From assembly GCA_046331705.1 (NCBI GenBank), contig JAXLQJ010000041.1:1-64000 (forward strand): a DNA stretch of 64,000 nucleotides. The letters run 5' to 3'. Positions 46,764-55,830 of the stretch are shown here, piece after piece. The DNA is from a bacterium (GTDB taxonomy: Bacteria; JADJOY01). The stretch's first letter is position 1; each line of letters opens with the position of its first letter. The translations under genes were made by a program, and so were the position numbers. The notes beneath the pieces are model-generated. The model was given only the letters and a program-made list of their open reading frames with translations, had not been told where the DNA came from and ran no database searches.

Positions 46764-48994
46764 CCGAGACCGACACCTACTCCCTGCCCAAGCCGCCCCT
46801 GCGCGGCAGCGCCGAGGCCCGCCGTCGCCGCCGCGAGACGCTGCTGATCGTGCTCATCGCCGCGGTGAGCGGCGGGATGTTCGTGGCGATCCGCAGCGCG
46901 CTGCGCGGCGACCTGCGGGTCCCCGGCCAGAGCTGGATCTATCTGTCGCTGCTGATCAACGCCAACGTGGTGTTGATCCTGCTGATGCTGTTCCTGCTGA
47001 TCCGCAACGTCGTCAAGCTGGTCGTGGAGCGCCGCAAGGGGGTGCTGGGGGCCCGGCTGCGCAGCAAGCTGGTGGTCGCGTTCGTGGCGCTGTCGCTCTT
47101 TCCCACCGTGGTGCTGTTCGTGAGCGCGGTGCAGGTGGTGTCGCGCAGCCTCGACGAGTGGTTCGACGCCAAGGTCGAGGAGTCGCTCGAGAGCGCGCTC
47201 GAGGTGGCGCAGGTCTTCTACAAGGACAAGGTCGCCGACGCGAGCACCTTCGCCGAGCGCATCGCGGGTCAGATCGCCGCGCGACGCCTCGCCACCCCCG
47301 AGCGCGCCAACGAGCTCGCAGCGCTCCTCGCCGAGGCCGCGGACGACTACCGCGTCACGAGCGTCGAGGCGCTCGACGCGCGCGGCGCGGCCCTGGCCCG
47401 CGGCGACGCCAGCGGTGCTCCGCGCTTCGCCCCCACCGACCCCGCCGCGTCCTTCGTCCAATCCGCCTTCCGAGGCTCCCCGGACGCGTCGGTGCTCACG
47501 ATTCGCGGCGCGCTGCGTCCCGCCACCGGCGAACGCGGCGAGCTCATCCGGGCGGCGGCGCCCATGCGCGCCAGCGGCTCCAGCGCCCCCGCGGGCGTGG
47601 TGGTGGTGACACGCTGGGTGCCCGAGAGCCTCGAGCAGGGCGTGAAGACGGTGCGCGCCAACTTCGAGCAGTACCGCCAGATCGTCGTGGGCCGCAAGCC
47701 GATTCGCCAGAGCTACCTGGCGGTCTTCATCGCGCTCACGCTTCTCAGCATCTTCGCCGCGACGTGGTTCGGCTTCTATCTCTCGCGCACGCTCACCGGG
47801 CCGATCAGCCAGCTCGCGCGGGCCACGCGCCGAGTGACCGCTGGCGATCTCGACGTCCACATCGAGCGCTCCACCGACGACGAGCTCGGCACGCTGGTCA
47901 CCGACTTCAACCAGATGATCACCGAGCTGCGCGAGAGCCGCGCCGCCCTCGACGAGCGTCGCCGCTACACCGAGACCATCCTCAAGAACGTGGCGGCCGG
48001 AGTGGTCTCGCTCGATGGCCGCGGACGCATCACGACCATCAACAAATCCGCCGAACGACTGCTCGGCGTACGCGCGTCGGAGAGTTTGCGGCACCGGTAC
48101 CGCTCGATCCTTCCGGCCGAGCACCGCGAGGTCTTCCGCGGGCTGGTGCGCGAGCTCGGCCGCGCCAAGACCGACACCATCGAGCGCCAGATCCAGCTCA
48201 CGATCGAGGACCGCACCGTCACACTGCTGGCGAGCGTGACGTTGCTGCGCGACGAGGAGCGCGAGTTCCTGGGGCTGCTGTTCGTGTTCGAGGACTTGAC
48301 CCAGCTCCTCAAGGCGCAGCGCATGGCGGCGTGGCGCGAGGTGGCGCGGCGAATTGCCCACGAGATCAAGAACCCGCTGACGCCCATCCAGCTCGCGGCG
48401 CAGCGGATTCAGCACCGCTACGAGAACGTGGTGGGCGCCGACCGCGAGATCCTGACGGAATGCACCAGCACCATCGTGAGCCAGGTGGAGGGGCTCAAGA
48501 AGCTGGTGAGCGAGTTCTCGGATTTCGCGCGGATGCCTGCATCCAATCCCTCACCGAACTCGCTCAACGACATCGTCGAGGAAGCGCTGGCGCTCTACGA
48601 CGGCAGCCACGACAAGATCCGCTTCACGCGCACCCTCGATCCCGACGTGCCGATCTTCAATCTCGACCGCGAGCAGATCAAGCGGGTCATCATCAACCTG
48701 ATCGACAACGCCATCCGCGCCCTCGACGGCGCCGTCGGTCAGGTGGACGTCGTCACCCACTACAACCGCCTCCTCGACCTGGCGCGGCTCGAGATCTCGG
48801 ATACCGGCGAGGGGATCCCACCGGAGATCCGGCCGCGGCTGTTCGAGCCGTACTTCTCCACGCGCCGCGGCGGCACCGGGTTGGGGCTCGCGATCGTGAG
48901 CACGATCGTGGCGGACCACCACGGTTACATCCGGCTGCGCGATCGCAAGCCGCACGGCACCACGTTCATCGTCGAGCTGCCGATTCGGATCTGA
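46760..48994 (+). CDS. ntrY: NtrY-like PAS/HAMP sensor histidine kinase
   Basis: GARLRSKLV, HAMP, PAS, AAWREVARRIAHEIKNPLTPIQL, EFSDFARMP, N/G1/F/G2 boxes. Confidence 0.9.
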   Translation: MTETDTYSLPKPPLRGSAEARRRRRETLLIVLIAAVSGGMFVAIRSALRGDLRVPGQSWIYLSLLINANVVLILLMLFLLIRNVVKLVVERRKGVLGARLRSKLVVAFVALSLFPTVVLFVSAVQVVSRSLDEWFDAKVEESLESALEVAQVFYKDKVADASTFAERIAGQIAARRLATPERANELAALLAEAADDYRVTSVEALDARGAALARGDASGAPRFAPTDPAASFVQSAFRGSPDASVLTIRGALRPATGERGELIRAAAPMRASGSSAPAGVVVVTRWVPESLEQGVKTVRANFEQYRQIVVGRKPIRQSYLAVFIALTLLSIFAATWFGFYLSRTLTGPISQLARATRRVTAGDLDVHIERSTDDELGTLVTDFNQMITELRESRAALDERRRYTETILKNVAAGVVSLDGRGRITTINKSAERLLGVRASESLRHRYRSILPAEHREVFRGLVRELGRAKTDTIERQIQLTIEDRTVTLLASVTLLRDEEREFLGLLFVFEDLTQLLKAQRMAAWREVARRIAHEIKNPLTPIQLAAQRIQHRYENVVGADREILTECTSTIVSQVEGLKKLVSEFSDFARMPASNPSPNSLNDIVEEALALYDGSHDKIRFTRTLDPDVPIFNLDREQIKRVIINLIDNAIRALDGAVGQVDVVTHYNRLLDLARLEISDTGEGIPPEIRPRLFEPYFSTRRGGTGLGLAIVSTIVADHHGYIRLRDRKPHGTTFIVELPIRI

Positions 48995-49063
48995 TCCTCG
49001 GCCTCCGTTCGGCCGAGACCGATCCCACGTGCATGCGCCGAGCGGCGCCGCACGACCAGCCCG

Positions 49064-50446
49064 TCAGGGTTGGACGGCCAGGAACGTCGGCGTGCCCGGC
49101 AGCTCCGTGACGCGGGCGCGGGTATCGGGCTGATCGACGATCGTGAGCTGCCCCGGATCGGTGGCGTGCGCGAGCAGCAGGAACTGGCCGGTCGTGCCGA
49201 CGAGTGGTCGGAAGGCGACCACGTCGGGCGCGACCGTGAGCGACTTCTTCTCGGTCTTGTCGAGCTGGTCGTAGCCACGCAGCACGTTCGACTCGGTGGT
49301 CGCCCACACCAGGGTCTCGGAGGCCGTCACCAGCACCGCGAGGCGGGTGGCGTCTCCCGCCACCGGGATCGACGCGATGACGAACGCGCCGGTGCCGTCG
49401 ACCAGGTCGATGGTGTGATTGGTCCGGCTGAGGACGAAGAGCGTGGTACCGCTCAGCACCATGTCGATCGGGTCGGGGCCGACCGCCACCCGCTCGGTGA
49501 TCGTGCGGGTGGACGGGTCGACGAACGCGACTCGCGCGTCCGCGCGTTCGAGAACGAACGCCTTCGAGGTGAGCTGATTCATGATGAGCGGTCCCGGGTT
49601 CGCACCCAGGTCCACGCGCCCCAGCTCGGCGGGAGTCGCGGAGTCGGCATCGTAGAACACGACCGCCGGCGCATCCGGCGCGAGCGCCACCACCACCGTG
49701 CCGTCGGTGGTGGCCTCGAGGGCGGAGACACGGCTGCCGGCATCGACGGTGGCGCGCACCGCCGGGGTCGCCGACTCGAGGACCTCGATGGTCCCGTCGA
49801 GGTGCCCGATCCAGGCCTCGGTGCGATCGCTCGCGAGCTCGTCGATGGTGGGAACGATGGTGTCGAAGACCAGCGCCGACGGGCTCGGCGCCAACCCCAC
49901 GCGCGCGTCGAGCGCGCTCGCGGCGGAGTCGAAGCGCCAGGCGAACCCGCCGGCCTCGTCGTCACCCAAGAGCCAGGCGAGCGAGCCATCCGGCGAGAAG
50001 CGCGCGGCGCGCGGCGCGCCGGACGCCGGGAGCACCGCCTGAACCAAGCCGGTGTGGGTGTCGAAGACGGTCACGCCGTCGGACGCCTCGGTGCCGACCA
50101 GCAGCCAGGGGCCGATCACGCGGAACGGCACGCGCCCGCTCTCGACTCCGCCCACGCTGACGACCACGTCGCCGGTCACCGCGCCGGACGGCACGCGCAC
50201 GTGGATCTCGGTGGGCTCGATGGAGATCACCGACGACGACGGTGCGACGACCCCGCCGAACGAGATGCGCGTCTGCGAGAAGTCGTCGACGAAATTCGTC
50301 CCGACGATCGTGACCTCGGTGCCCTCCTGCCCTTCGGGCGGGCTGACTTCGAGCAGGTCTGGGCGGTCGATGTGGATACAGCCGATCGCACCCGCGCAGG
50401 CGGCGGCGCACACGGCCACGAGGAGGTGCCGGACGAATCGTTGCAT
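49064..50446 (-). CDS. Lipoprotein with IPT/TIG domain and YVTN/YncE beta-propeller
   Basis: Lipobox AIGC; GTEVTIVGTNF..VPSGAVTG (IPT); FSPDG and VAVGPDP repeats. Confidence 0.82.
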   Translation of the reverse strand: MQRFVRHLLVAVCAAACAGAIGCIHIDRPDLLEVSPPEGQEGTEVTIVGTNFVDDFSQTRISFGGVVAPSSSVISIEPTEIHVRVPSGAVTGDVVVSVGGVESGRVPFRVIGPWLLVGTEASDGVTVFDTHTGLVQAVLPASGAPRAARFSPDGSLAWLLGDDEAGGFAWRFDSAASALDARVGLAPSPSALVFDTIVPTIDELASDRTEAWIGHLDGTIEVLESATPAVRATVDAGSRVSALEATTDGTVVVALAPDAPAVVFYDADSATPAELGRVDLGANPGPLIMNQLTSKAFVLERADARVAFVDPSTRTITERVAVGPDPIDMVLSGTTLFVLSRTNHTIDLVDGTGAFVIASIPVAGDATRLAVLVTASETLVWATTESNVLRGYDQLDKTEKKSLTVAPDVVAFRPLVGTTGQFLLLAHATDPGQLTIVDQPDTRARVTELPGTPTFLAVQP

Positions 50447-50572
50447 GAGGGCTCGCGGGAGAAGGACGCTGGTTCGCGAACGAGCGCCGCTCGGTCTACC
50501 GGCTGAACCCGCACGCGGCAAGCGAATCGCGTCCGCCGCGCGCCCGCTTCGTGGCCAGGACGCACGAAGCGA

Positions 50573-50588
50573 TGGCACAATCGTCGCG
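50573..50588 (+). promoter_or_regulatory. Possible sigma54 promoter
   Basis: TGGCACAATCGTCGCG (GG-N10-GC), about 40 bp upstream of the Wzy-like gene. Confidence 0.45.
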
Positions 50589-50629
50589 GGCGCCGCGGCA
50601 CTCGCGTCGCACCCGTTCACGAGGCCCGA

Positions 50630-52213
50630 TTGACCCGCGCCGCCGCTCTCCGCGAGCTCACTCGTTTCCGCTTCGATGGCCTCGCGGCGCTGGTCTACGG
50701 CGCCGTGTTCGCGCTGATGTTCCTGCTCATGGGGGTGGCCACCCAGCTGCCGCCGCTCTGGATGATCCTGGTCATGGCCGGGTTCCTGGCGGGCATGGTC
50801 TTCCTGGCGCTTCCCGAGAAGCGGTTGGCGCTGTGGACCTTCTATCTGCTCACCGTGCCGCTCGGCGCGGCGAAGTGGGTGACGACGGCTCCCACGTTCT
50901 TCTTCGGCGAGAACCCCGACGGCTTGGTGCTCTACATCTCGGACATGCCGTTGATCGTGCTGTTCGTGTGGTGGGGCGCCGAGCTCTGCCTGGGCAAGGC
51001 ACGGGTGGTGCGCTCGCCGATCTTCTTCCCGTACCTGGCGTGCCTGCTGTGGCGCGCGGCCACGATCGTGGTGGCGCGGGACAAGTCGCTGGCGGCTTGG
51101 AACATCGTGATGCACGTGAAGTTCTTCCTGATCTTCGCGTGGGCTTCGAGCCACCTCACGGATCGGCGGTCGATCTTCCTCACCCTCGGCTGCTTGCTCT
51201 TCGACCTCATCCTGCAAGGGGGTCTCAACACCCTCTCGTACTTCATCAAGGGCGTCGTCTCGATCTTCGGCCTCATCAAGTACGACTGGCAGCGCATCGG
51301 CGGCGAGAACATCTTCCGCGCCACCGGCACCATCGGGCCGCACAACGTCCAATGCCACTTCTACGAGATGGTCATGCCGCTCGGCATGATCCTGCTCTAC
51401 TTCTCGAAGAACGGCTGGGTGAAGTTCCTGAGCCTCCTGGGCATCGCTCTCGCCAGCATCGGCACGGTCTTCACGTTCTCCCGCGGTGGCTGGGTGTCCG
51501 TGGGCCTCTCGATGACCGTCGTCACGCTCTTGCTCTACCGAAGGCGTCTGCTCAGCACCACGGTGCTCTCGCTGCTGGTGATCGCCACGGTGCTCGCCGG
51601 CGCGGCGTTCCTCCTCGGGCCCGACAACGTGATCCAGAAGCGCATCACCCAATCGCAGGCCATCGCGACCACCTCCCGCTGGCACATGCTCGGCGTGGGC
51701 ATTCGCATGGTCGCGGCGAATCCCGTGATGGGAGTCGGCGCGAACCAAGCCGCCGAGCAGCTTCAGGAATACTTCCCGCTGGGTGTGCCGCGCGAGTGCT
51801 GGTACGAGATCGAGGTTCGGCTCTTCGAGCACAAGCGCTTCATCATCCCGATCCACAACAAATACCTGATGAGCGCCGCCGAGCTCGGCATCGGCGGCAT
51901 GATGCTGTGGATCTTCTTCCTGTATCGCTACCTGTCGACCTCGGTCACCGTGATGCGCTGCCGCCACGAATGGATCGCCGCGCTCGGGACCTGGTTCCTG
52001 GCCTCCAACGTCGGCCTCTTCTTCCACAACATGCTCTCCGAGTTCTCCTACGGAACCGTCCTCGAGATCTTCTACATGCTGCCGGGACTGCTGTCGGGGA
52101 TCTGGCAGTGGGGCGTCGATACCGGCGACATCGTTCCCGTGGCGCGCCGCAGCCGCCGCGCTGCACCTCGGCCCGCGCGACCCGAGCTGGCGCCAGAACC
52201 CGTGCCCGCGTGA
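50630..52213 (+). CDS. O-antigen ligase/Wzy_C family protein
   Basis: RATGTIGPHN, TFSRGGW, NPVMGVG, IHNKYL..AELGIGG. Confidence 0.9.
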   Translation: MTRAAALRELTRFRFDGLAALVYGAVFALMFLLMGVATQLPPLWMILVMAGFLAGMVFLALPEKRLALWTFYLLTVPLGAAKWVTTAPTFFFGENPDGLVLYISDMPLIVLFVWWGAELCLGKARVVRSPIFFPYLACLLWRAATIVVARDKSLAAWNIVMHVKFFLIFAWASSHLTDRRSIFLTLGCLLFDLILQGGLNTLSYFIKGVVSIFGLIKYDWQRIGGENIFRATGTIGPHNVQCHFYEMVMPLGMILLYFSKNGWVKFLSLLGIALASIGTVFTFSRGGWVSVGLSMTVVTLLLYRRRLLSTTVLSLLVIATVLAGAAFLLGPDNVIQKRITQSQAIATTSRWHMLGVGIRMVAANPVMGVGANQAAEQLQEYFPLGVPRECWYEIEVRLFEHKRFIIPIHNKYLMSAAELGIGGMMLWIFFLYRYLSTSVTVMRCRHEWIAALGTWFLASNVGLFFHNMLSEFSYGTVLEIFYMLPGLLSGIWQWGVDTGDIVPVARRSRRAAPRPARPELAPEPVPA

Positions 52214-53289
52214 GCCCGAGTCGGCTCGAGGTCGCGGCTCTCGCGGAACGCGTCCGCGATGCCGCGCGACACTACGGGCCACGCAAGCTCGCGAATGCGC
52301 TGGGCGCGGAGCTCGGATACCGGCTGCGCACCCGCGATCCGATCGGCGATCCCACGGCGCTGATCGTCGACCTCACCACTCACTGTCAGCTGCGCTGTCC
52401 GCTCTGTCCCACCGGGCTCGCACGCGAGGGACGCGCGCGCCAGCACATCCCGGTCGAGGCGTTTCGACGGCTCGTCGATCGCTATGCGCGGACCTCGCTC
52501 AGGCTCTTCCTCACGGACTGGGGCGAGCCGTTGCTCCATCCCCAGGCGGCCGAGCTCATCGCCTACGCCGAGGCGCGCGGGCTCTGGACTGCGATCTCCA
52601 CCAACGGGCTCTTCCTACCCGACGAGCTCGCGGCCGGCTTGGTGGCGGCGCGGCTCTCCCACGCCACCTTCTCGATCGACGGCGCGACCCAGGAGTCCTA
52701 CGCGCGCTACCGGGTGCGCGGCGAGCTCGACACCGTCCTCGCGAACCTCACGCGCCTGGTCGCGGCGCGCAATCACGCCGGCTCGCGCCGTCCCCACGTG
52801 ACCTGGCAATTCCTGGTGTTCCGGCACAACCAGCACGAGGTCGACGCGGCGCGCGCCAAGGCCCGCGAGCTCGGCGTGGCGTTCGACGCCCGCGGCGCGG
52901 GCCTCGGCGTGCACGGCGAGACTCCGCACCGAGCGCCGAGCTCGCCCGAGGCGCTCGCGTGGCTCGTGGACGATCCGCGCTGGCCCGAATCCCACGCTTA
53001 CTTCGACGCTTCGCGGCCGTACCTGGAGGACCGCCACTGCTGGTGGCTCTGGAAGGCCTTGGTGGTCTCGCCCAACGGCTCGGCGCCCCCCTGCTGCTGC
53101 ACCTTCGAGGAGCGCGACGACGTCGGCAACGTGTTCACCGACGACCCCGAGCGCGTGCGGCGCTCGCCGCGCGCGCGGCGGATGCGCGCGGTCTTCCGTC
53201 GCGAGGCGCTGCCACCGGGCGAGCCGGTGGTGTGCGAGAGCTGCGACGTCTTCCGGCGCGCCGAGGAACACGCGCACCCTCCGGCATGA
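52210..53289 (+). CDS. Radical SAM protein with SPASM/twitch domain
   Basis: CQLRCPLC, WGEPLLHP, STNG, SIDG; C-terminal CWWLW..PCCC..VGN..CESC; GTGA overlap with the upstream gene. Confidence 0.9.
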   Translation: MSPSRLEVAALAERVRDAARHYGPRKLANALGAELGYRLRTRDPIGDPTALIVDLTTHCQLRCPLCPTGLAREGRARQHIPVEAFRRLVDRYARTSLRLFLTDWGEPLLHPQAAELIAYAEARGLWTAISTNGLFLPDELAAGLVAARLSHATFSIDGATQESYARYRVRGELDTVLANLTRLVAARNHAGSRRPHVTWQFLVFRHNQHEVDAARAKARELGVAFDARGAGLGVHGETPHRAPSSPEALAWLVDDPRWPESHAYFDASRPYLEDRHCWWLWKALVVSPNGSAPPCCCTFEERDDVGNVFTDDPERVRRSPRARRMRAVFRREALPPGEPVVCESCDVFRRAEEHAHPPA

Positions 53290-53401
53290 CCGAGCCCACC
53301 ATCGCTCGCGCGCGACGCCGCGCGGGCGATCGCGACCGCGGGACGCGCCGCCGCCCCGTCGAGACGAACGCGGACCGACGCCCGAGCCGGCGCGGCCCCC
53401 G

Positions 53402-54217
53402 CTACTCGTCGTCGAAGCGCACGGGGGCGAGCTGATCGGAGCGAACCCAGCCTTCGCGCCCGTCGGCGCGACGGATGCGTCGATAGGCGCCGTCCCGTGC
53501 CGTCACCACCACCTCCGTCCCTTCCGACGACGCGAACGCGACGGGCTGACTGCCACTCGGTGCGGCCCGCACCTCGGCGTCGCCGTTGACCACGACCTGG
53601 GCGTCCACGCGGGTGAGCACGTAGTGCTTCACGCCCCACGACGCACCCATCAGCACCAGCAACCCGGCGGCGACGAACGTCGCCGCGCCGCTGGCGACGC
53701 TTCCCGACGCGACGCGCCAGGTGACGGCGGCGCACAGCGACACCCAGGCGACCACGGCGGCGATCGCGAGCTCGCGATGGGTCGCCAGGTCGTACCAGAA
53801 CGCGAGGCTGCGCACGGCGTAGAGCGGCCCTTTCGCGCCCACCGGCTCGGCGACCTGACCGCGCGCGACGGCGAGGTTGTGCCGCAGATCGGGATCGCGC
53901 GGCAGGAACAGCTCCGCACGCCGGTAGGCGCGAATGGCCTCGCCCAGCGAGTCGCGCTTCAGATACGTGTTGCCGAGGTGGAAGAAGAGCACCCCGTTCC
54001 GCCAGCCCGCGACGGCCAGCCCCTCGAACAGGCCCTGCGCGCGGTCGTAGCGGCCGTCGAGATAGGCCTGGACGCCCGCCGCAAAATCCTTCGCGAGCGC
54101 GTCGGAGGCCTCGCCTGGCACCGGCCGCTCCGCCGCGGCCCACGCGCCGCACGTGAGCGCCAACCACGCGCACGCCACCCGCACCGCCGTGCGTCCGCTC
54201 GCTCGTCCGCGTTTCAA
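53402..54217 (-). CDS. batE: BatE-like TPR + SH3 protein
   Basis: HLGNTY..GEAIRAYRRA..PRDPDLRHNL, two TMs, EGTEV..DGREGWV. Confidence 0.85.
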   Translation of the reverse strand: MKRGRASGRTAVRVACAWLALTCGAWAAAERPVPGEASDALAKDFAAGVQAYLDGRYDRAQGLFEGLAVAGWRNGVLFFHLGNTYLKRDSLGEAIRAYRRAELFLPRDPDLRHNLAVARGQVAEPVGAKGPLYAVRSLAFWYDLATHRELAIAAVVAWVSLCAAVTWRVASGSVASGAATFVAAGLLVLMGASWGVKHYVLTRVDAQVVVNGDAEVRAAPSGSQPVAFASSEGTEVVVTARDGAYRRIRRADGREGWVRSDQLAPVRFDDE

Positions 54218-55830
54218 GTCGCGCCCCCCCGGGCTCCGGTCCTGAGCTCGTCGTCGATGCGCGCGATCAGCGTGCGTGCGCGCTCCACGGTGTCGGCGCG
54301 GCCGTCACCGGCGCCAGCAGCGCCGCTCGCCGCGGCGTTGCGTGCCCAGCGCTTGAGCTCGCAAGCCACCAGCAGCTCGCGCACCTCGCCCGCCGTGGCC
54401 TTGTTCAAGCCGCCGTCGCTCAGCCGCGACTCGACCTCCTCCGGCGTCAGCACGCCGGGCGGAAAGTCGACCTTGGCGGCGACGAAGTCGCGGATCACGC
54501 GACCGACCTGCTCGTAGAAGAGCGACGCTTCGCCCTCGGTGCGCTCGGCCCGCTCGAGCTCGTGCTTGGCGCGCCGGAGGGCCCCCCGTTCCCGTGCCCA
54601 GCGCGGGTCCGCGGCAGCGCGGCGGGCGCGCTGGATCTGGAAGATCGCGCCACCCGCGCCGAGCAACGCGGCCACCGCCGCCGCCCAGCCGATCGCGCCG
54701 GGGCCGGCCAGCGGATCGACCACCGTGGCGCGCGGCAGCGAGGCGTGGACGCTGCGGATCACGTCCGAGTCGTCGACTCCGCGGCCGCTTCCGCTCGTCG
54801 CGGCGCTGCCGAGGCCGCGTCCGACGCGCACGCTCAATGCCTCGCTGGCGGCCTCCTTGAGCCTGCCGAGCGCCGGGTCGACGTACGGCACCGTGATCGG
54901 CGGGATCTGGAACTCGCCCGCCCGGGAGCCGAGCAGCGCGAGCTTGAAGGTCTTGCGCGCCCGGAACGCGCCCGCGGGCTCCAGCACCCATTCGGTGACC
55001 GGCTGGTCCGCGACCACCTGGAAGGAGTCGAGCCCGGCGACCCGCGGCGAGGCGATCGCTGCATCGTCGCCGTAGCTCTGGACCTCGATCGTCAGCGTGG
55101 CGGGTTGTCCCTTCTTCACGCTCACGGGCGCGATGGCGGCCGAGATCTCGGTCTCGCCGACCGGGGCGCGGCCATCACCGGGCACGGGACGCGCATCGAT
55201 GCGGATCGGCTGGGTGCGGCCTTCACCAGGAATGGAGCGGCCGCTGTAGAAATCCTCGAACATCGAGCCGGCGCCCTCGGCGCTCGCGCCGAGCTTGATC
55301 CGGCACGTGAACGACGCGGGGCCGATCTCGCTCGCGCCGGTGCGCGTCGCGAAGAGCGGTGCCCGGTACTCGTGCACGCGATACGCGACGCCGCTCTCGT
55401 TGGTCGAATAGTCGGACTCCACGAACGGCTGTGCTTGCTTCAGCCCAACCAGCTCGGGTGCGGTGAACTCGAGCTTGTAGATCGGCACGGCGCTCGAGAT
55501 CTGGATCACCAGCACGACCTGCTGCCCGACGAAGGGCGTGCGATCGGAGACTTGCGCGCGCAGGAACACGCGCCCGCCTTCCCCGGTGGACTCGAGCGTC
55601 TGCGCCGGCGCGTCGACCGTACCGGGCTCGTCCCGCTGCGCCCGCTCGCGGCGCCCATGGCGCGTGACATCCGGGCGGCCGTCCGGACCCACGCGCGAGC
55701 GCGCCGTGGCTGCGTCGGCCACCACCAACGCACCGAGCAACGCGCACGTCACCAGCGCGCACAGCTGCGGCCCGCGCACACGGCGGGCCCGACGCTCACC
55801 AATCGATTCCGACCGCACCGTCACCGCCAT
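54214..55830 (-). CDS. batD: BatD-like protein
   Basis: PFVGQQV, GQPATLTIEV, GEFQIPPITVPYVDP, C-terminal TM; operon position; start 55830 or GTG 55779. Confidence 0.8.
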   Translation of the reverse strand: MAVTVRSESIGERRARRVRGPQLCALVTCALLGALVVADAATARSRVGPDGRPDVTRHGRRERAQRDEPGTVDAPAQTLESTGEGGRVFLRAQVSDRTPFVGQQVVLVIQISSAVPIYKLEFTAPELVGLKQAQPFVESDYSTNESGVAYRVHEYRAPLFATRTGASEIGPASFTCRIKLGASAEGAGSMFEDFYSGRSIPGEGRTQPIRIDARPVPGDGRAPVGETEISAAIAPVSVKKGQPATLTIEVQSYGDDAAIASPRVAGLDSFQVVADQPVTEWVLEPAGAFRARKTFKLALLGSRAGEFQIPPITVPYVDPALGRLKEAASEALSVRVGRGLGSAATSGSGRGVDDSDVIRSVHASLPRATVVDPLAGPGAIGWAAAVAALLGAGGAIFQIQRARRAAADPRWARERGALRRAKHELERAERTEGEASLFYEQVGRVIRDFVAAKVDFPPGVLTPEEVESRLSDGGLNKATAGEVRELLVACELKRWARNAAASGAAGAGDGRADTVERARTLIARIDDELRTGARGGAT

